DNA of 64,000 bases, taken from assembly GCA_964016885.1 (NCBI GenBank), contig OZ024740.1, positions 60,326,001 to 60,390,000 of the forward strand. Reading direction: 5' to 3'. The position numbers were made by a program, and so were the translations under genes. The DNA comes from Eledone cirrhosa. Its lineage: Eukaryota. The notes under the pieces are model-generated. The model saw only the letters and a program-made list of their open reading frames with translations, had not been told where the DNA came from and made no database searches. This document shows, one piece after another, positions 13,126-26,479 of the stretch (the stretch's first letter is position 1; each line of letters opens with the position of its first letter).

Positions 13126-15267
13126 TTTGGCGCTATACAATTATTATCAGTGGTACATTGCTATAAAGTTCAGCATTGGTTTTATGTTCTTTCCATGGCG
13201 GTTGACTACCATTCGTAACAAACATTTGTTGGCACCCTCGAATGGCTTGAAAATGTCCGAAGAGCGAAGGACAACTGATTGTCAAGAGAGATACTCGACA
13301 CGCATTTGATTTTTCCTACAAAAACATCAGTGTAATCACCGACTAAGATAAAAAAAAATGTGACTAAATCTAACATGAACTGATCGGACAACGCTAGCTG
13401 CAACTAAACCTCAGCAGTTGAGAACAAATACCAGAGCAAATCAAAGCACTTCTGATACTCCTGATTCCACTCATGACACTTCCTATAGACTGTCATCGTC
13501 GACTATTCACGAACTCCTTATAATTCTGATGATGATTTTCACGTAGACGTAAAGATCAGGTGAGGAGGTTATGGGAAGTAATAACATTGATGTCACTCCA
13601 AGAGACAGTTAATCTATGAACAATCACAATATTGTAAACACTACAGTTAGATACAATCTAGCTACAAAGCAGTGGCTGTATTATGGAAAAATGTAACGTA
13701 ACCATACACACTCAGTTTTTCAATAGAGAAGTGAGTTAGCATATAAGAATAGTGTAGCCTTATAATGCAGATATACATTTACAAACACTGTTATTTGCCT
13801 CCTATTTTTAAATTTCTCCGCTTTATATTTCTCTGTTGCATTCGATTTACTATCTACCTGCGCTTTTGTTTCCCATACTTTGCCCCCCCCCCTCTCTCTC
13901 TCTTGGTGTCCTCTCCATTCGCATTGTCTTATCTATTTTTCTCAATATCCCGTCCATGGACTGCTGCACAATTTCCGTATAATTTTCTTCCTGTATATTC
14001 TCTTGGTGATTCACGTTTTCATATTTCTTCGCTCTTTCTGAATTGCAGTTATTATTCTTGAAATACTTCTCACACAATGTATTCATTAAATCTGTTCAAC
14101 CGAAGAAACCCCTATATTAAACAGCGACATAAACAATAGTGTACTAAACAAGTAATAAACCAGCGGAAACAATTCAGACAAACCTACTATTATATTTATA
14201 CATCTTTTCTACTACTGCCAACAAAATGACGTTTTTGTTGTTCTTTCATCAAAATTATTTCTTTGCAGTATTTTAAATTTCTCGCTGCCTATTAAGTTAA
14301 TCAATGTAGATTTACATTAATAAGAGTATATTTTATGTGGTTCATCTCCATTTTGACAGCTTGGAATATAAAGATTGATCAATTCTTATCTATCCAAATT
14401 CAATTGTTAGCTCTGACAAAAATTTCAGATTCTAAAAGGGCCATTTGGGAACTGAAAGCTATTGTTAAGCATTTATTGCGATAATACTTCGCTGAGATAT
14501 TCTATAAAATAAAGTAGTCAAATTATTCTGTTGGTGGTATAAATCATCTCTTCCATTCATAAATTGGCAGCTTGTGAGCATTTCTAGCACTAACATAGAA
14601 AAAATATAATTAAGAAGATTTTTAAGAGAGACATTTTTCAAGCACATTATCATTATAACATACACATACGCTCTAACACGCAAATAAACATAGCTACAGA
14701 GATAAATGTATTCACTTGCATAGATACATATATACATACATTATATTAATGTGTGTGTGTGTGTGTACTTTTTGTATACGGATGTGTGCATACTTAAGTA
14801 CATATGATGTCATATTTTTAATATGCTAGTTGCAAATAAAATGAAATAAAATGAAACCAAATTAAAATGAAATAAAATGAAACCAAATTAAAAACACTTT
14901 TAAATAGCAATCTAATACAGTTCATGAGACAAGTGAACGATCCATTGACACCTCACTGAATTTCCATTAAGATTGAACGTCAATTGCACGTTAAATAGAT
15001 AATTTTAGAGCAACTCTAAAGATAGAGAAAAGATATTTATATGAACAGATTTTAGAACTAGTGTGAATATATTTCAGTGAATAACCTTATGTACAAAACA
15101 ATTAAACAATAAGACACTGAGAGAAAAGTATTTGATGCAGATCAAATTTCTAAACATTTATACTTATTTATTGATGTTTTATTTATGTGTAACACTTCTT
15201 ACAGAGATTAAATATTACCCAAGAAATCATACCTCTGCCTGTATCTTGAAGGAAGAAACGTGTCGAT

Positions 15268-15410
15268 TCTTCTTCTTCGTCTTCTTTATAGAGAGAAAGA
15301 GAAAGAGAGGGGGAGGGAGGATCGTGGGGCAGAGTCTTCCTGATATGCGTATCAGAGAGTCCTATCAGAAGCAACCGACTGGACTCTAAAGCGAGACCAA
15401 CTGGGTCCGT
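15268..15410 (-). mobile_element. Expander/Rex3-like RTE 3' end fragment
   Basis: Similar to 20125-20338 and 29275-29460 (VASDRT motif, GAA-rich tail). Confidence 0.55.
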
Positions 15411-15487
15411 TCCGAAAGATTGGTGATGGACCTGCGACTTGTTCTGTGTGGCGTGGGATGGACGTACAAAGGTTGCGTGTTTCGGGA

Positions 15488-15545
<58 letters not shown>

Positions 15546-15944
15546 TTTCAATAACTCTGAATCTTCTTTGTGGCAAAAAAACAATATCAATGTTGATGAT
15601 TTCGTCTAAGAAAAAATACTAAGATAGATATTTTTAGAACCCCCCCCCCCCCCGTTCAACTCTAAAATCACCCGGCCTTTCAAATCAATCCCAGCCAGAC
15701 CTTGTAACCACACTTCAAAGGGTCTCTCACAGCCACCACAACTATTCCCTACCTCCTCCCCCTTCTTCTTCTCCTCTCCCCCTCCTTCTCCTACCCTCTC
15801 CTCCTTCTCCCCAACTACTACCAGTCATAACCAAGCTATTAACAGAGAAGGATGGACAGAGAAATGAACTCTCTTCTCTGAATGACTATGTAAGTGAAAA
15901 CTAATTTTTCTACACCTTTTTATTATTATTATTATCACTATTTG

Positions 15945-16134
15945 TGGCGGTGAATTGGCAGTATCGGTAGAGGGTTGGACGCCATGCTTTCTAGCATAGT
16001 TACGTCCCTTTACGGTTTGAGTTCAAATCCCGCCGAGGTTAACTTTGCCTTTCATTCTTACGGGGTCGATAAAATAAAGTACCAGTAATGTACTGAGTAA
16101 TTGCTGGCCTTGTGCCTAAAGTAGAAACAATTAT
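15945..16134 (+). mobile_element. Family 1 SINE, full length
   Basis: Complete head, core and tail. Confidence 0.9.
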
Positions 16135-16181
16135 TATCACTATTTGTACAAATATGCGACGTAACAATATTCTACATATCC

Positions 16182-16219
16182 GCAATTGACAATGCATATA
16201 ATGCCGAAACCGGTATTGT
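16182..16219 (+). ncRNA. Minimal type I hammerhead-like motif, U3-A8 core
   Basis: gcaa TTGACAA t gcat-ata-atgc c GAAA ccgg TA ttgt, followed by AATAAA. Confidence 0.55.
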
Positions 16220-16398
16220 AAATAAATTGATGTTTTGATATGTCACTGAAAGAATCTATTCAACATTTTCTACTGAAAAAATCTTTTTCCTTTCTACTAT
16301 ATATATATATTTCGCGTCCCGCGACCGATCAGCTCAAGGCTCGGTCTGTATTGATCAGGCCTGACTCTGGAATCAAAAGCTCGTCGGACTTCTGTAGC

Positions 16399-16491
<93 letters not shown>

Positions 16492-16494
16492 AGT

Positions 16495-16730
16495 TAAAAC
16501 AATGAAATAAAAATTTAAGTCATTAGAAATATACTTCACTGCTTTACGATCGTTTCTAGGTGATGATAATACATCGTAACCATACTTCGTTATCGATCTA
16601 TGTAAGGTTAGTTACAAAATATCAGATAAAGAAAATATTTACTTACATGTATATCACCAGCTGTTGTCAAAAGCACACATTTACTTTTGACAACAGCTGG
16701 TGATATACATGTAAGTAAATATTTTCCTTT
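16495..16730. mobile_element. PLE fold-back mini-insertion carrying a long-stem-II hammerhead
   Basis: Inverted arms ~16630-16673 / 16684-16726; homologous to 40822-41433. Confidence 0.65.
16540..16675 (-). ncRNA. Type I hammerhead with ~107 nt stem II, U3-A8 core
   Basis: Minus strand: tgctt TTGACAA c agctggtgata...tatcatcacct a GAAA cgatcg TA aagca. Confidence 0.65.
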
Positions 16731-16809
16731 TACTTATAAGTAAAAAACAAAAAACAAAACAATAACGAAGAGTGCAGTACAAACAATGTTGTGTGTGTAT
16801 ATATATATA

Positions 16810-17023
16810 GGAACGATCGACTTTCGTCAAATCGGACCGAGGGAACAATGTTTCCGTTGGTCTTTCCAATTGCTAATACTATCTATCGGTCGCAACTCCA
16901 GGTAGAAGGAGCAACGTGAAATAAAGTGTCTTGCTCAAGGACATAACGCATCGCCTGGTCCAGGAATCGAACTCACAACCTTACGATTGCGAATCCAATT
17001 CTCTAACCACTCAGCCACACGCC

Positions 17024-17025
<2 letters not shown>
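16810..17025 (-). mobile_element. tRNA-derived SINE, family 2 head
   Basis: Shares 'gagcaagacactttatttcacgttgctcc' and the tRNA-like head with 51530-51870. Confidence 0.75.
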
Positions 17026-17069
<44 letters not shown>

Positions 17070-17332
17070 AACTACGTAATTCGATTCGACGATTGCAGCA
17101 GTCTGATGACGTCCATCACTCCCAGTTCGTTGGTGTTTTGCCGAGAGGGTTGGGTATAGTTTCGAAGCAGCTGTGTGGTTTAACTCCTCTTTGGGCGGTC
17201 TGGGTCTGGTGAATGAGGTCGAATGTAGGTGTATAGTTTACGTTTGCTTGAGTTCGTGTTTGGCTTTGATTTAATCTGGATGTCCAAGGCAATTGACGGT
17301 TTTAATTACACACACACACACGTACACACATG

Positions 17333-17426
<94 letters not shown>

Positions 17427-18509
17427 TTTATGTATGTATGTGTGCATGTATACAGGTGCGTATGCTCATTTTCAGTTATAATTGAGTGTAATCTACCAAA
17501 CGTAAACTCGAAAATAACACGGAAATGGAATTTCCAGTTGAGATCAATTTAAAAGCATGAAATTAATTGGTTCTAACATTCTAACATCCTAACCGCCTTT
17601 CTTTTCCTTTTGTTTGTTTTTTATTATTATTATTTTTTTTATCATTACATTTAGCTAAGCCTGAATATTTATTTCTCTTCTCACATCTTTGTTATAATAG
17701 TATATTTCTCTTTTCTCTTCAGCCAGTCACATGACTACAGTTCATTCTCAGATGTCAAATTCTATGTAAGGCATCATTTACAGAAAGCACTGATGCATTT
17801 ACTGAAGGGTTTCAAATCAAATAAAGCCTAACAGCATCGTATGGTTGCATACTATGCACACTTAAAAACTTTTATATTGGAATGTTAGTATTAGAGTTGT
17901 ATGATAAACTAGCAGTAACAGTAGAACGCCGGACTAATTGACATTTTGAGTTAAAATCCTGACGCTACGAACAAAAAAAAAAAAATAAATACTAATATTC
18001 ACCCGCACGAAACTACCTATTCTAGAGTGTTTGTATTTAAATTCTAATCTCGATGCGATTCTCATGAATATCATGAGATATCTGTTTGTCAACACTGATA
18101 TAGTGTATGAGAGAGCCCAGCTAAAGATGGTGTCTCTACGTAGTCTTATCAGTCTACCTGCTAAAAATAACAGATAAATTTCCATCAAATCACACCCTGT
18201 CCTTCTAAATAACGAAAAGACACATTAGATAATGTAGTCTTGCATACCTTTTAGAATGACGGGATAATCATAACTAGAAATATTTTGGCCATACATCCAT
18301 ATAACCAATGTTGACATAGGGCTAAACAACCATAACAACAACAACAACAACCAATATATAAAGTTACAGATATTTTACAACCAACCTTTCGAAAATCTTG
18401 ATAATATTCCATAGTAAAGTAAGGTGAATGATTGTATAGTCGTATGACATATTACCGTAGAAGGGAGGATAAAGTAATGCGAGGAATTGCTGAATGAAAC
18501 AATTGAACA

Positions 18510-19365
18510 CAATGTAGTGGGAGAGCGACGACGGACTTGGGGAAACTCTAGGCGTCGACGAAAATCAACTAGCCAATCTCTTCGGAAGAACTTTCGGGCC
18601 GGGGCCTATGGACAACTTCCAGAAATCCCTGGCCTGGCAGTGCTACCGAGGAGCTTTTTCAGTTCGGGGTAAACTCTACAGGCATGGAAGTGCCGTCAGC
18701 CGGGCATGTCCGAGATGCGCGCAGGGCGACGAAACCGTGCTGCATGCACTCGTCCAGTGTCCGAGCATTGCTGACTTGTGGGTTTATGTCGAATACCTGC
18801 TGTCGCGTGTTGAACGGATCCGGCTATCAGTTGAGTCCATCATAGGGATTGCCCCGCCCTCTTCCTAGAGCCGGGAAGGGCAGGCAGTTTTGATCTGTCT
18901 GCTGGCCATGGCGAAAGAGATAGTATGGTGGACGCGTCTGAAAGGGCTGAAGACGAGCACTTACCTCTTCGCTGATACCCTGATTAACTTTTTCAAATTT
19001 CATTTGAAAAGGAAAATCAGGGTAGAGATGGAAGTGCTCTCTTCCCAACTTTTTGTTGAAAGGTGGGTGAGAGAGACAAGAATGGCCCGAGTATATGCCT
19101 GTAAATTGAAGGTGGAAAACTGGGAGAGGGCACTTGCCCTGCTGGTCAGTGTCAGCGTGGCTTTTTTTTTAATGGGCTTTCTCCACGATGGCCCTCGGAA
19201 GTCTCCCCCTATTGGGGAATTATTCATTGTTCTTTTTTTGTTACATCCTCTGTTTTTGTTTTTTTTTTACACGCAGAAATGCCCATTTGTACCGTCCTGT
19301 ATTGTCCTGTACTGTCCTTAATGTCTACTTTGTGTAAACCCTTGTGGTTAATAAAGAAAGAATTA
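18510..19365 (+). mobile_element. 5'-truncated L1/Tx1 3' end
   Basis: MDNFQKSLAWQCYRG...CPRCAQGDETVLHALVQC; 3' UTR and AATAAA as in the 4489 element. Confidence 0.9.
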
Positions 19366-19734
19366 TTTGTGCTTCATTGAGATGGTTTTATTCTGTATCT
19401 TATTACCACATTGACAACGAGTGGGCAGCTGACAACAACACAGCATTTTTTTTTGTTTTGTAATCTTAAACAACAATACCAGATTGGTTGTGGTTTAATC
19501 TGGTAGCTACTATTTTTTTAATATTTAGGCTCTACTAATATGTTTTTGATCCGTTGGTTATTTATATTGTTTTTATTTCTTATTTAATTCCAGATTAATC
19601 CGGATTACTTACATCATGTCTCATAAGCAACTAATATTTCAATGTCCACTCGATTATTTCGTTAATATTGTTTCAGTTATTCATAGTCCACATTTGTTAT
19701 TAGTTGATTCTGTTTGATTTCATATAAAATATAT

Positions 19735-19999
19735 TTAATAATTGTTTCTACTTTTGGCACAAGGCCAGCAATTACCCAGTGCATTACTGGTACTTTATTT
19801 TATCGACCCCGTAAGGATGAAAGGCAAAGTTAACCTCGGCAGGATTTGGTTAACTTTGCCTTTCATCCTTACGGGCTCGATAAAATAAAGTACCAGTAAT
19901 GCACTGGGATAATTGCTGGCCTTGTGCCAAAAGTAGAAACAATTATTAAGGTGGATTTGCAGTATCGGTAGAGACTCGGACGCCAATCCACCTTAATAA
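19735..19999. repeat. Fold-back of two inverted family 1 SINE 3' halves, plus a second small hairpin
   Basis: Near-perfect ~100 bp arms at 19735-19835 / 19848-19949 with a 12 nt loop. Confidence 0.9.
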
Positions 20000-20124
20000 T
20001 GAGGTTTTGTTTCATCCACCCCAATGGCTTTGCCGCACTTTAGCTCTTTAACTGCTCTTGTGACCTCTTGTAACCTCTGGGAGATTAGTCACCGCTCCCA
20101 GATGCACCTCAGATATACAAGAGA

Positions 20125-20338
20125 CCCAAGAGCAAGATGATTAGATAACCTCCATGAGCTTGGCTGATCACGCTTGTGGACCCAGCCGGATCAGTTAGAG
20201 ACGGTTGCTTCTGACAGGACCGGCTGGAAGGAGTGTTTGATGTATCTAGCCCCACAACCCTCTCAGGAAGAAGAAGAAGAAGAAGAAGAAGAAGAAGAAG
20301 AAGAAGAAGAAGAAGAAGAAGAAGAAGAAGAAGAAGAA
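20125..20338 (+). mobile_element. Expander/Rex3-like RTE 3' end with (GAA)n tail
   Basis: QPDQLETVASDRTGWKECL...LAPQP followed by (GAA)n; paralogous to the 29275 region. Confidence 0.75.
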
Positions 20339-20849
20339 GGTCTTGTTGTTGCTCATTTCTCAATAAGTTTGGAAGAATTGTTGCGGTCATTTGGCCCATA
20401 GAGTTCTGTGAAATGGAGGTTTTTATTCTGGGTTACAAACATTTTTTCCGAGAGACAATCTCTTATAAATCACGTTGTGTTAGTGCTCCTGCTAATTTAT
20501 TCTCGCCAGTCATGCTCGCACTACATAAGAATGAGTATCTCAACCGTCGCCTAATATGTAAAAAAGTATATAAGTTATAGCTTATATTAATCTCAAAACC
20601 GAGTGAGTAAACGTTACTGACGATGGATAAAGACCATGAAACTCTAGTGCTAAGGAACCTGTGACATGATCACGGCCTAACTCATCTATAGCGATACTTA
20701 CATGTTTATATGTAAATATATCGTGTATGCCTTTATATCCACTTCAATTATGAATTACGCTGTGTTAGTGCTATTGCTAATTTATCTGTATATCAACCTA
20801 GTATTTCATAGCACTTTTAATTATGAAGTAAGCGGCCTTCGACTACTGC

Positions 20850-20990
20850 GATGACGGTGATTATGATAGTGATGATGGTGATGATGATGATGATGATGAT
20901 GAAGGCGATAATGGTGATGATGATAATGATGATGATGATGATGATGATGGTAATGGCGATAATAGTGATGATGATGATGATGATGACGAT
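20850..20990. repeat. Imperfect (GAT)n
   Basis: Seen directly. Confidence 0.95.
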
Positions 20991-20999
20991 GTTACTATT

Positions 21000-21184
21000 A
21001 ATAATTGTTTCTACTGTTGGCACAAGGCCAGCAATTACCCCAGTACATTACTGGTACTTTATTTTAGCGACCCTGTAAGGATGAAAGGCAAAGTGAACCT
21101 CGGCGGGATTTGAACTCAGACCGTAAAGGGACGTAACTATGCTGGAAAGCATGGCGTCCGACTCTCTACGATACTGCCAATCCA
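21000..21184 (-). mobile_element. Family 1 SINE
   Basis: Reverse complement of the family sequence. Confidence 0.9.
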
Positions 21185-21402
21185 AATAACAATCGCTATT
21201 AGTGACAACTATTTTTCGGATAACGAAATCTGCATTTGTCAAAGCTGTTTAGCTGTGAAGTAGTTTCAGTTTAAGTAGATTTTATTACAGTCATTTTTTA
21301 GCCGCTTCATAAAACCGATAAATCAATTTCTCCTCCTGGATTTTTGATAGTAATGGAAGATACGTTGATTGAACTAGAAAGAGTAAAATGAACTGAACAA
21401 CA

Positions 21403-21484
<82 letters not shown>

Positions 21485-21491
21485 TGTGGCG

Positions 21492-21552
<61 letters not shown>

Positions 21553-21553
21553 C

Positions 21554-21639
<86 letters not shown>

Positions 21640-21640
21640 C

Positions 21641-21711
<71 letters not shown>

Positions 21712-21713
21712 CG

Positions 21714-21768
<55 letters not shown>

Positions 21769-21769
21769 C

Positions 21770-21830
<61 letters not shown>

Positions 21831-21861
21831 ATAGTAGTAGCAGTAGTAGTAGTAGTAGTAG
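21403..21861. repeat. (TAG)n array with recurrent TGGCGG(TGG) interruptions
   Basis: Seen directly; source of the poly-Y, poly-T and poly-V ORFs. Confidence 0.98.
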
Positions 21862-22054
21862 CTGTTGTTGTTGTTGAGGTCATATATCGCCGAAGTAAAA
21901 AAAATACTCCCAAATAGGAACAAATTATTTTTTATAATGATCCAGCCTGGATAAGACTGGACTGTGGAGAAAAAGGTGCTTTTCATACCATATACCATAA
22001 AAAGGTGTATGACTCTACGTCAGAGAGTAGACACACAGACACGTACCTCACCCA

Positions 22055-22100
<46 letters not shown>

Positions 22101-22194
22101 GGTATTTACATATATGTATGTAAATATATATCTGTGTGTGTGTGTGCTTATGTGAGGTACGTGTCTATTTGTATGTGTATAATTATGGATATAG

Positions 22195-22470
22195 TGGAGG
22201 CACGTAGCCTAGTGGTAAGGGTGTTGGACTTACGATCATAATGTCGTTGGTTCGATTCCTGGGTTGCGTGTTGTGTTCTTGACCAAAACACTTCATTTAA
22301 CATTCCTCCATTATACTCAGCTGAAAATGAGTACCAGCAATAGCTGGGGGTTTAAACCTGCGAAGGACTGGCGTCCTGTCCAGGGCGAAGTCTTGTACTC
22401 TCAGTCGCTTCACGTCATGAAACAGGGATAAGCAACGGCCTGATGAGCTTTCTGGCTTAAGACAGACTTT
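22195..22470 (+). mobile_element. tRNA-derived SINE (family 2 head, different 3' part)
   Basis: tagcctagtggtaaggg...ggttcgattcc head; related copy at 25540-25710. Confidence 0.75.
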
Positions 22471-22488
22471 AGAGACTAGAATTATGGG

Positions 22489-22524
<36 letters not shown>

Positions 22525-23267
22525 CATACATATACATACATATACCTAGACATACATATACATACATATACCTAGACATACATATACATACACATACATA
22601 TATATACATATACATACACATACATATATATACATACATCTACCCGCCAAAAACCGCGGGTTGCTTCCCTTGTTGGAAATAACACATGACAACTAAGTGT
22701 TCGCTGGCTGCCTTCTAGCAGCCGCATTTAGCTCGTCCACTCCGATTTATGGCAGAACGGAATCCCTGTTGATGAAATGAATCCTCTGTTCGATCATGGA
22801 AAACAACGAGCGTGCCTGTTACGTAAGTTGGATAACTGATTTCGGATTCATAGAAACACTTTAAACGTATATCGTTTGATTTGTCCTGGTGTATCTTTTT
22901 AACCTGTTAGTTTTTTCGTTACTTTGGTATTGTGTGGTTGGGCTTTGCCTACCGCAATGTTCAATTTGTCAAGCTATTTAAACGTATGTTATTACTCTAA
23001 GGACCTACCCTTATTGAGTGCTTTGCTAACTCATTCATATTGTAGGTCGACTTTGCTTGCCCACAGCCAAAGCTTCGATTTTACTAAGCTTCCACTTGTA
23101 TATATATATATATATATATATATTATATTCATTATTCTTTTACTACTTTCAGACAATAACTGAAACCAGTAAAACAATAAATGCAAAGCGAATGTGCTAG
23201 CATTCATACATGCACACAAAGTCACACATATTCTCACACACGTGTGTAACTATGTATGTGTATCTGT

Positions 23268-23328
<61 letters not shown>

Positions 23329-23329
23329 T

Positions 23330-23675
23330 AATACGTTTTTGAATTTGTTTTGCGAGATTTCTTATCTGAAAACGTGTGTTGAAACAGGTATTGTTATACT
23401 TTCGGAGGGTCATGCTGCCAATAAAACCACATGCACCTGTTGATTTTCAATTCAATTTATTATAAGTTTCCGATTGGTTGGTTCGATAACCGGAAGGTTG
23501 TTTAAAAACCTAGTCACTGAGGAGGTCACAGAATGTGTGACGAATGAGCTTTGACAATATATAAACAACCTTCCGATTATCGAACCAACCAACCGGAAAC
23601 TTATAATAAATTGAAGTGAAAACAAGGTGCGTGTGTTTTTATTGGCAGCATGACCCTCCCAAAGTATAACAATAT
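23330..23675. mobile_element. Fold-back solo pLTR of the PLE at 33105-35225
   Basis: Inverted arms ~23390-23504 / 23563-23673; sequence matches both ends of the 33105 element; inserted in TA/CA microsatellite. Confidence 0.85.
23513..23555 (+). ncRNA. Minimal type I hammerhead (GAAA changed to GAAT)
   Basis: gtca CTGAGGA g gtcaca-gaatg-tgtgac GAAT gagct t tgac. Confidence 0.7.
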
Positions 23676-24259
23676 ATATATAATGACGGATATGAGAATG
23701 AGTACTCAATACCGAATCACTGTTTAAATGTTCATTTATTACGCCTATGTGGTGAGCCTAGTTACTCTGGTGTTTCACCTGCACACTCACTGTGTACGTA
23801 TGTAATTAATATGATTAGTGACTCGTTAGTCCAGAATTTCGTGCGTGCGTGCATATGTGTGCGAGTATGTGTGGCCGTCTGGAAAATACACATGAATGAT
23901 AATACGATTTCTTCGCACCTTTTATTATGTATGTACTTATGGTCCGGTAACTCCTGATAGAGACGTAGGGGCGCCGCATTAACATGCAGCGTTTCTTGGG
24001 CATTTTAAGCCTGGTGGTACCTATCCTACTCCAGGCCTGAGTACAGCAGATTTCTTTCTGAGAAAAATAGAAAGTGAGAGAGAGGAAATAAGAAAGAGAT
24101 ATAGAGGAAGAATCCACCCCAGTACTAGACTGGTACTTTTTTTATTGACCTCGAAAGGATGAAAGGCAAAGTTACCCTCGGCGAGATATGAACTTAGAAA
24201 GCAGAGAGCCGAAATGATGTTCTAACAACTCTGCCAATTCGCCGCCTAAACCTTTTATT

Positions 24260-24675
24260 ATCGACTGAGTCCATTTTGCAGATAGCCCCGCCATCCTCCT
24301 TTAAAGAGGAGGAAGGGCAGGCAGTTTTCATCTGCCTGGTGATCATGGCGAAAGAGATTGTGTGGTGGACAATGTTGAAAAGGTTGAAAACGGACACTTT
24401 CCTCTCCGGCCAATCCCTGATTAACTTTTTCAAGTTTCACTCGAAGAGGAAAATCAGGGTGGAGAGGCAAGTGCTGTCTTCTAGTAAGTTTGTTGAGAAG
24501 TGGGTGAAAGTGGAGAGTCTGGTCCGAGTGAACGGGCCCGCTCCGATTTTCGCCACGCGTGACCCTCGGAATTTTCCCCCCTATTGGGGAATTTTTGTTG
24601 TTTGAATTTTTTTTTATATTTCTATCTTCTTATAAACTTTTTTACACGGCCAAAACCCATTTTGTATCGTCCAGA
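24260..24675 (+). mobile_element. L1/Tx1 3' fragment
   Basis: AVFICLVIMAKEIVWWT...FKFHSKRKIRVER. Confidence 0.85.
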
Positions 24676-24703
24676 AACCATAATTATTATTGATATCGAG
24701 GGG

Positions 24704-25325
24704 AGGGTAGTGGATTGGCAGTATCAGAAGAGCATAGTGTTACGGCCCTTTACATTCTGAGTTCAAATCCCGGTGAGGTTAACTTTGCCTTTCATCCTTA
24801 CGGGGTCGATAAAATAAAGTACTAGTAATGCACTGGGGTCGATTTAATCGACTTTCCTCTCCTCCCAAATTACTGGCCTTGTGCCTATACTAGAAATCAT
24901 TATTAATATCGAGGGGAGGGTGGTGGCTTGGCAGTATCGGAAGAGCATAGTGTTACGGCCCTTTACATTCTGAGTTCAAATCCAGCCGAGGTTAGCTTTG
25001 CCTTTCATTCTTACGTGGTCGATAAAATAAAGTATCAGTCATGCGCTGGGGTCGATATAATCGACTTTCCCCTCCTCCCAAAATGTTGGCCTTGTGCCTA
25101 AATCAGAAACCATTATTAATATTGAGTGTGGATTGGCAATATCGATAGAGTGTAGGACATCATATTTTCCAGCATATAGTTACGACCCTTTATGTGCTGA
25201 GTTCCAATCCCATCGAGGTTAGCTTTGCTTTTCATCCATACGGCGTCGATGAAAAGGGATCAATTTAATCGACTTTTTCCTCCCCTAAAATTGTTGGCAT
25301 TGCGTCTAAATTAGAAACCATTATT
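24704..25325 (+). mobile_element. Three head-to-tail family 1 SINEs
   Basis: ~210 bp units starting near 24704, 24915 and 25126. Confidence 0.85.
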
Positions 25326-26217
25326 AATATTAAGCGTTTTCTTTCTTTATATTTATCTTCTCCTATTGTTGGATACTGTCCTCTTCCGCCTGTAGCATCT
25401 CAATATAATCGTTTGTTCAATTACAAATGTTATGAAGTCTTCCTTTCAACGTATTTGTTATTTCTTTGTAATCATTTTCTTTTGTCATTTAGTTACCATA
25501 AAGTTCTTGAAGATAAGTCGCCTGAATCAAACATTAGGATTTTGATATTGCATCGTAGTTATAAAGTGAAATGAAGTATTTGTTCTTGAGCAAAACCCTT
25601 CATTTTACGTTGCTTCAGTATACTCAGCTCAAAATCAGTACCAGCAATAGCTGGGGTTTAACCTTGCGATGAACTGAATAAGTACCGTCCTGATGAGACA
25701 GACTTTAGACTTAGTAGTTAAAACTTGACACTAGTAATATCGATTTCTAATTTAGTCACCAGTCCTGTAAATTTGGGGGAAGGGCAAAGCTCATTAAATC
25801 AATCCAGTACTTAACTGGTACTTTATTTTATCGATCCCGGAAGTTTAGAAAGTAAAGTTGACCTTGTCGGAATTTGAACTCAAAATGTAAAGAGCCAGAA
25901 CAAATCCCGCAATGACATTTTATCTGACGCTCTACTAATTCGGTCGATTCACCATCCTTCTCTGTAGTAATATTAGAATAGTATACAGCTAATTTAATCC
26001 CGAATAGGCATGGATGAATAATACAGCAAAAGTAATAACTATATGGAACAGATGATGAAGGTGCTGTAGTAGAAAAGATATTTTTAAAACATATGATCAG
26101 AATCATGGTGACATACATGTGCAAACGCTCACATAACACTATAATGAGCATACACTAAAACGTTAGTGCTTGATCGTTTAATTTAAAATGTTATTCCGAG
26201 AATATATATATATATAT

Positions 26218-26429
26218 AACGAAGGAAATGTGGTAAGGAACCAGGTGGACCATAACGCACCAAAGTACTCAATACTAGGGTAGTAGAGTGGGTAATAGGA
26301 ACGAGTAGGACCCCGACGGCTGAGCTCAAGCCGTTTCGACGGCTAATTCTGGACTAAATGAAAATTTTCATTTAGTCCAGAATTAACCGTCGAAACGGCT
26401 TGAGCTCAGCCGTCGGGGTCCTACTCGTT

Positions 26430-26433
<4 letters not shown>
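26218..26433. mobile_element. Family A PLE mini-element, near-perfect palindrome, in (TA)n
   Basis: Palindrome 26296-26433 centred on aaaatttt (26361-26368). Confidence 0.8.

Positions 26434-26479
<46 letters not shown>

Noticed and set aside
21291-21998. Long poly-Tyr, poly-Thr and poly-Val ORFs (mucin-like appearance)
   Set aside because: Translations of a (TAG)n microsatellite; no supporting flanking coding signal.
22438-22470. CTGATGAG motif at a SINE 3' end (also near 25690)
   Set aside because: No downstream GAAA or stems I and III; part of the SINE tail.
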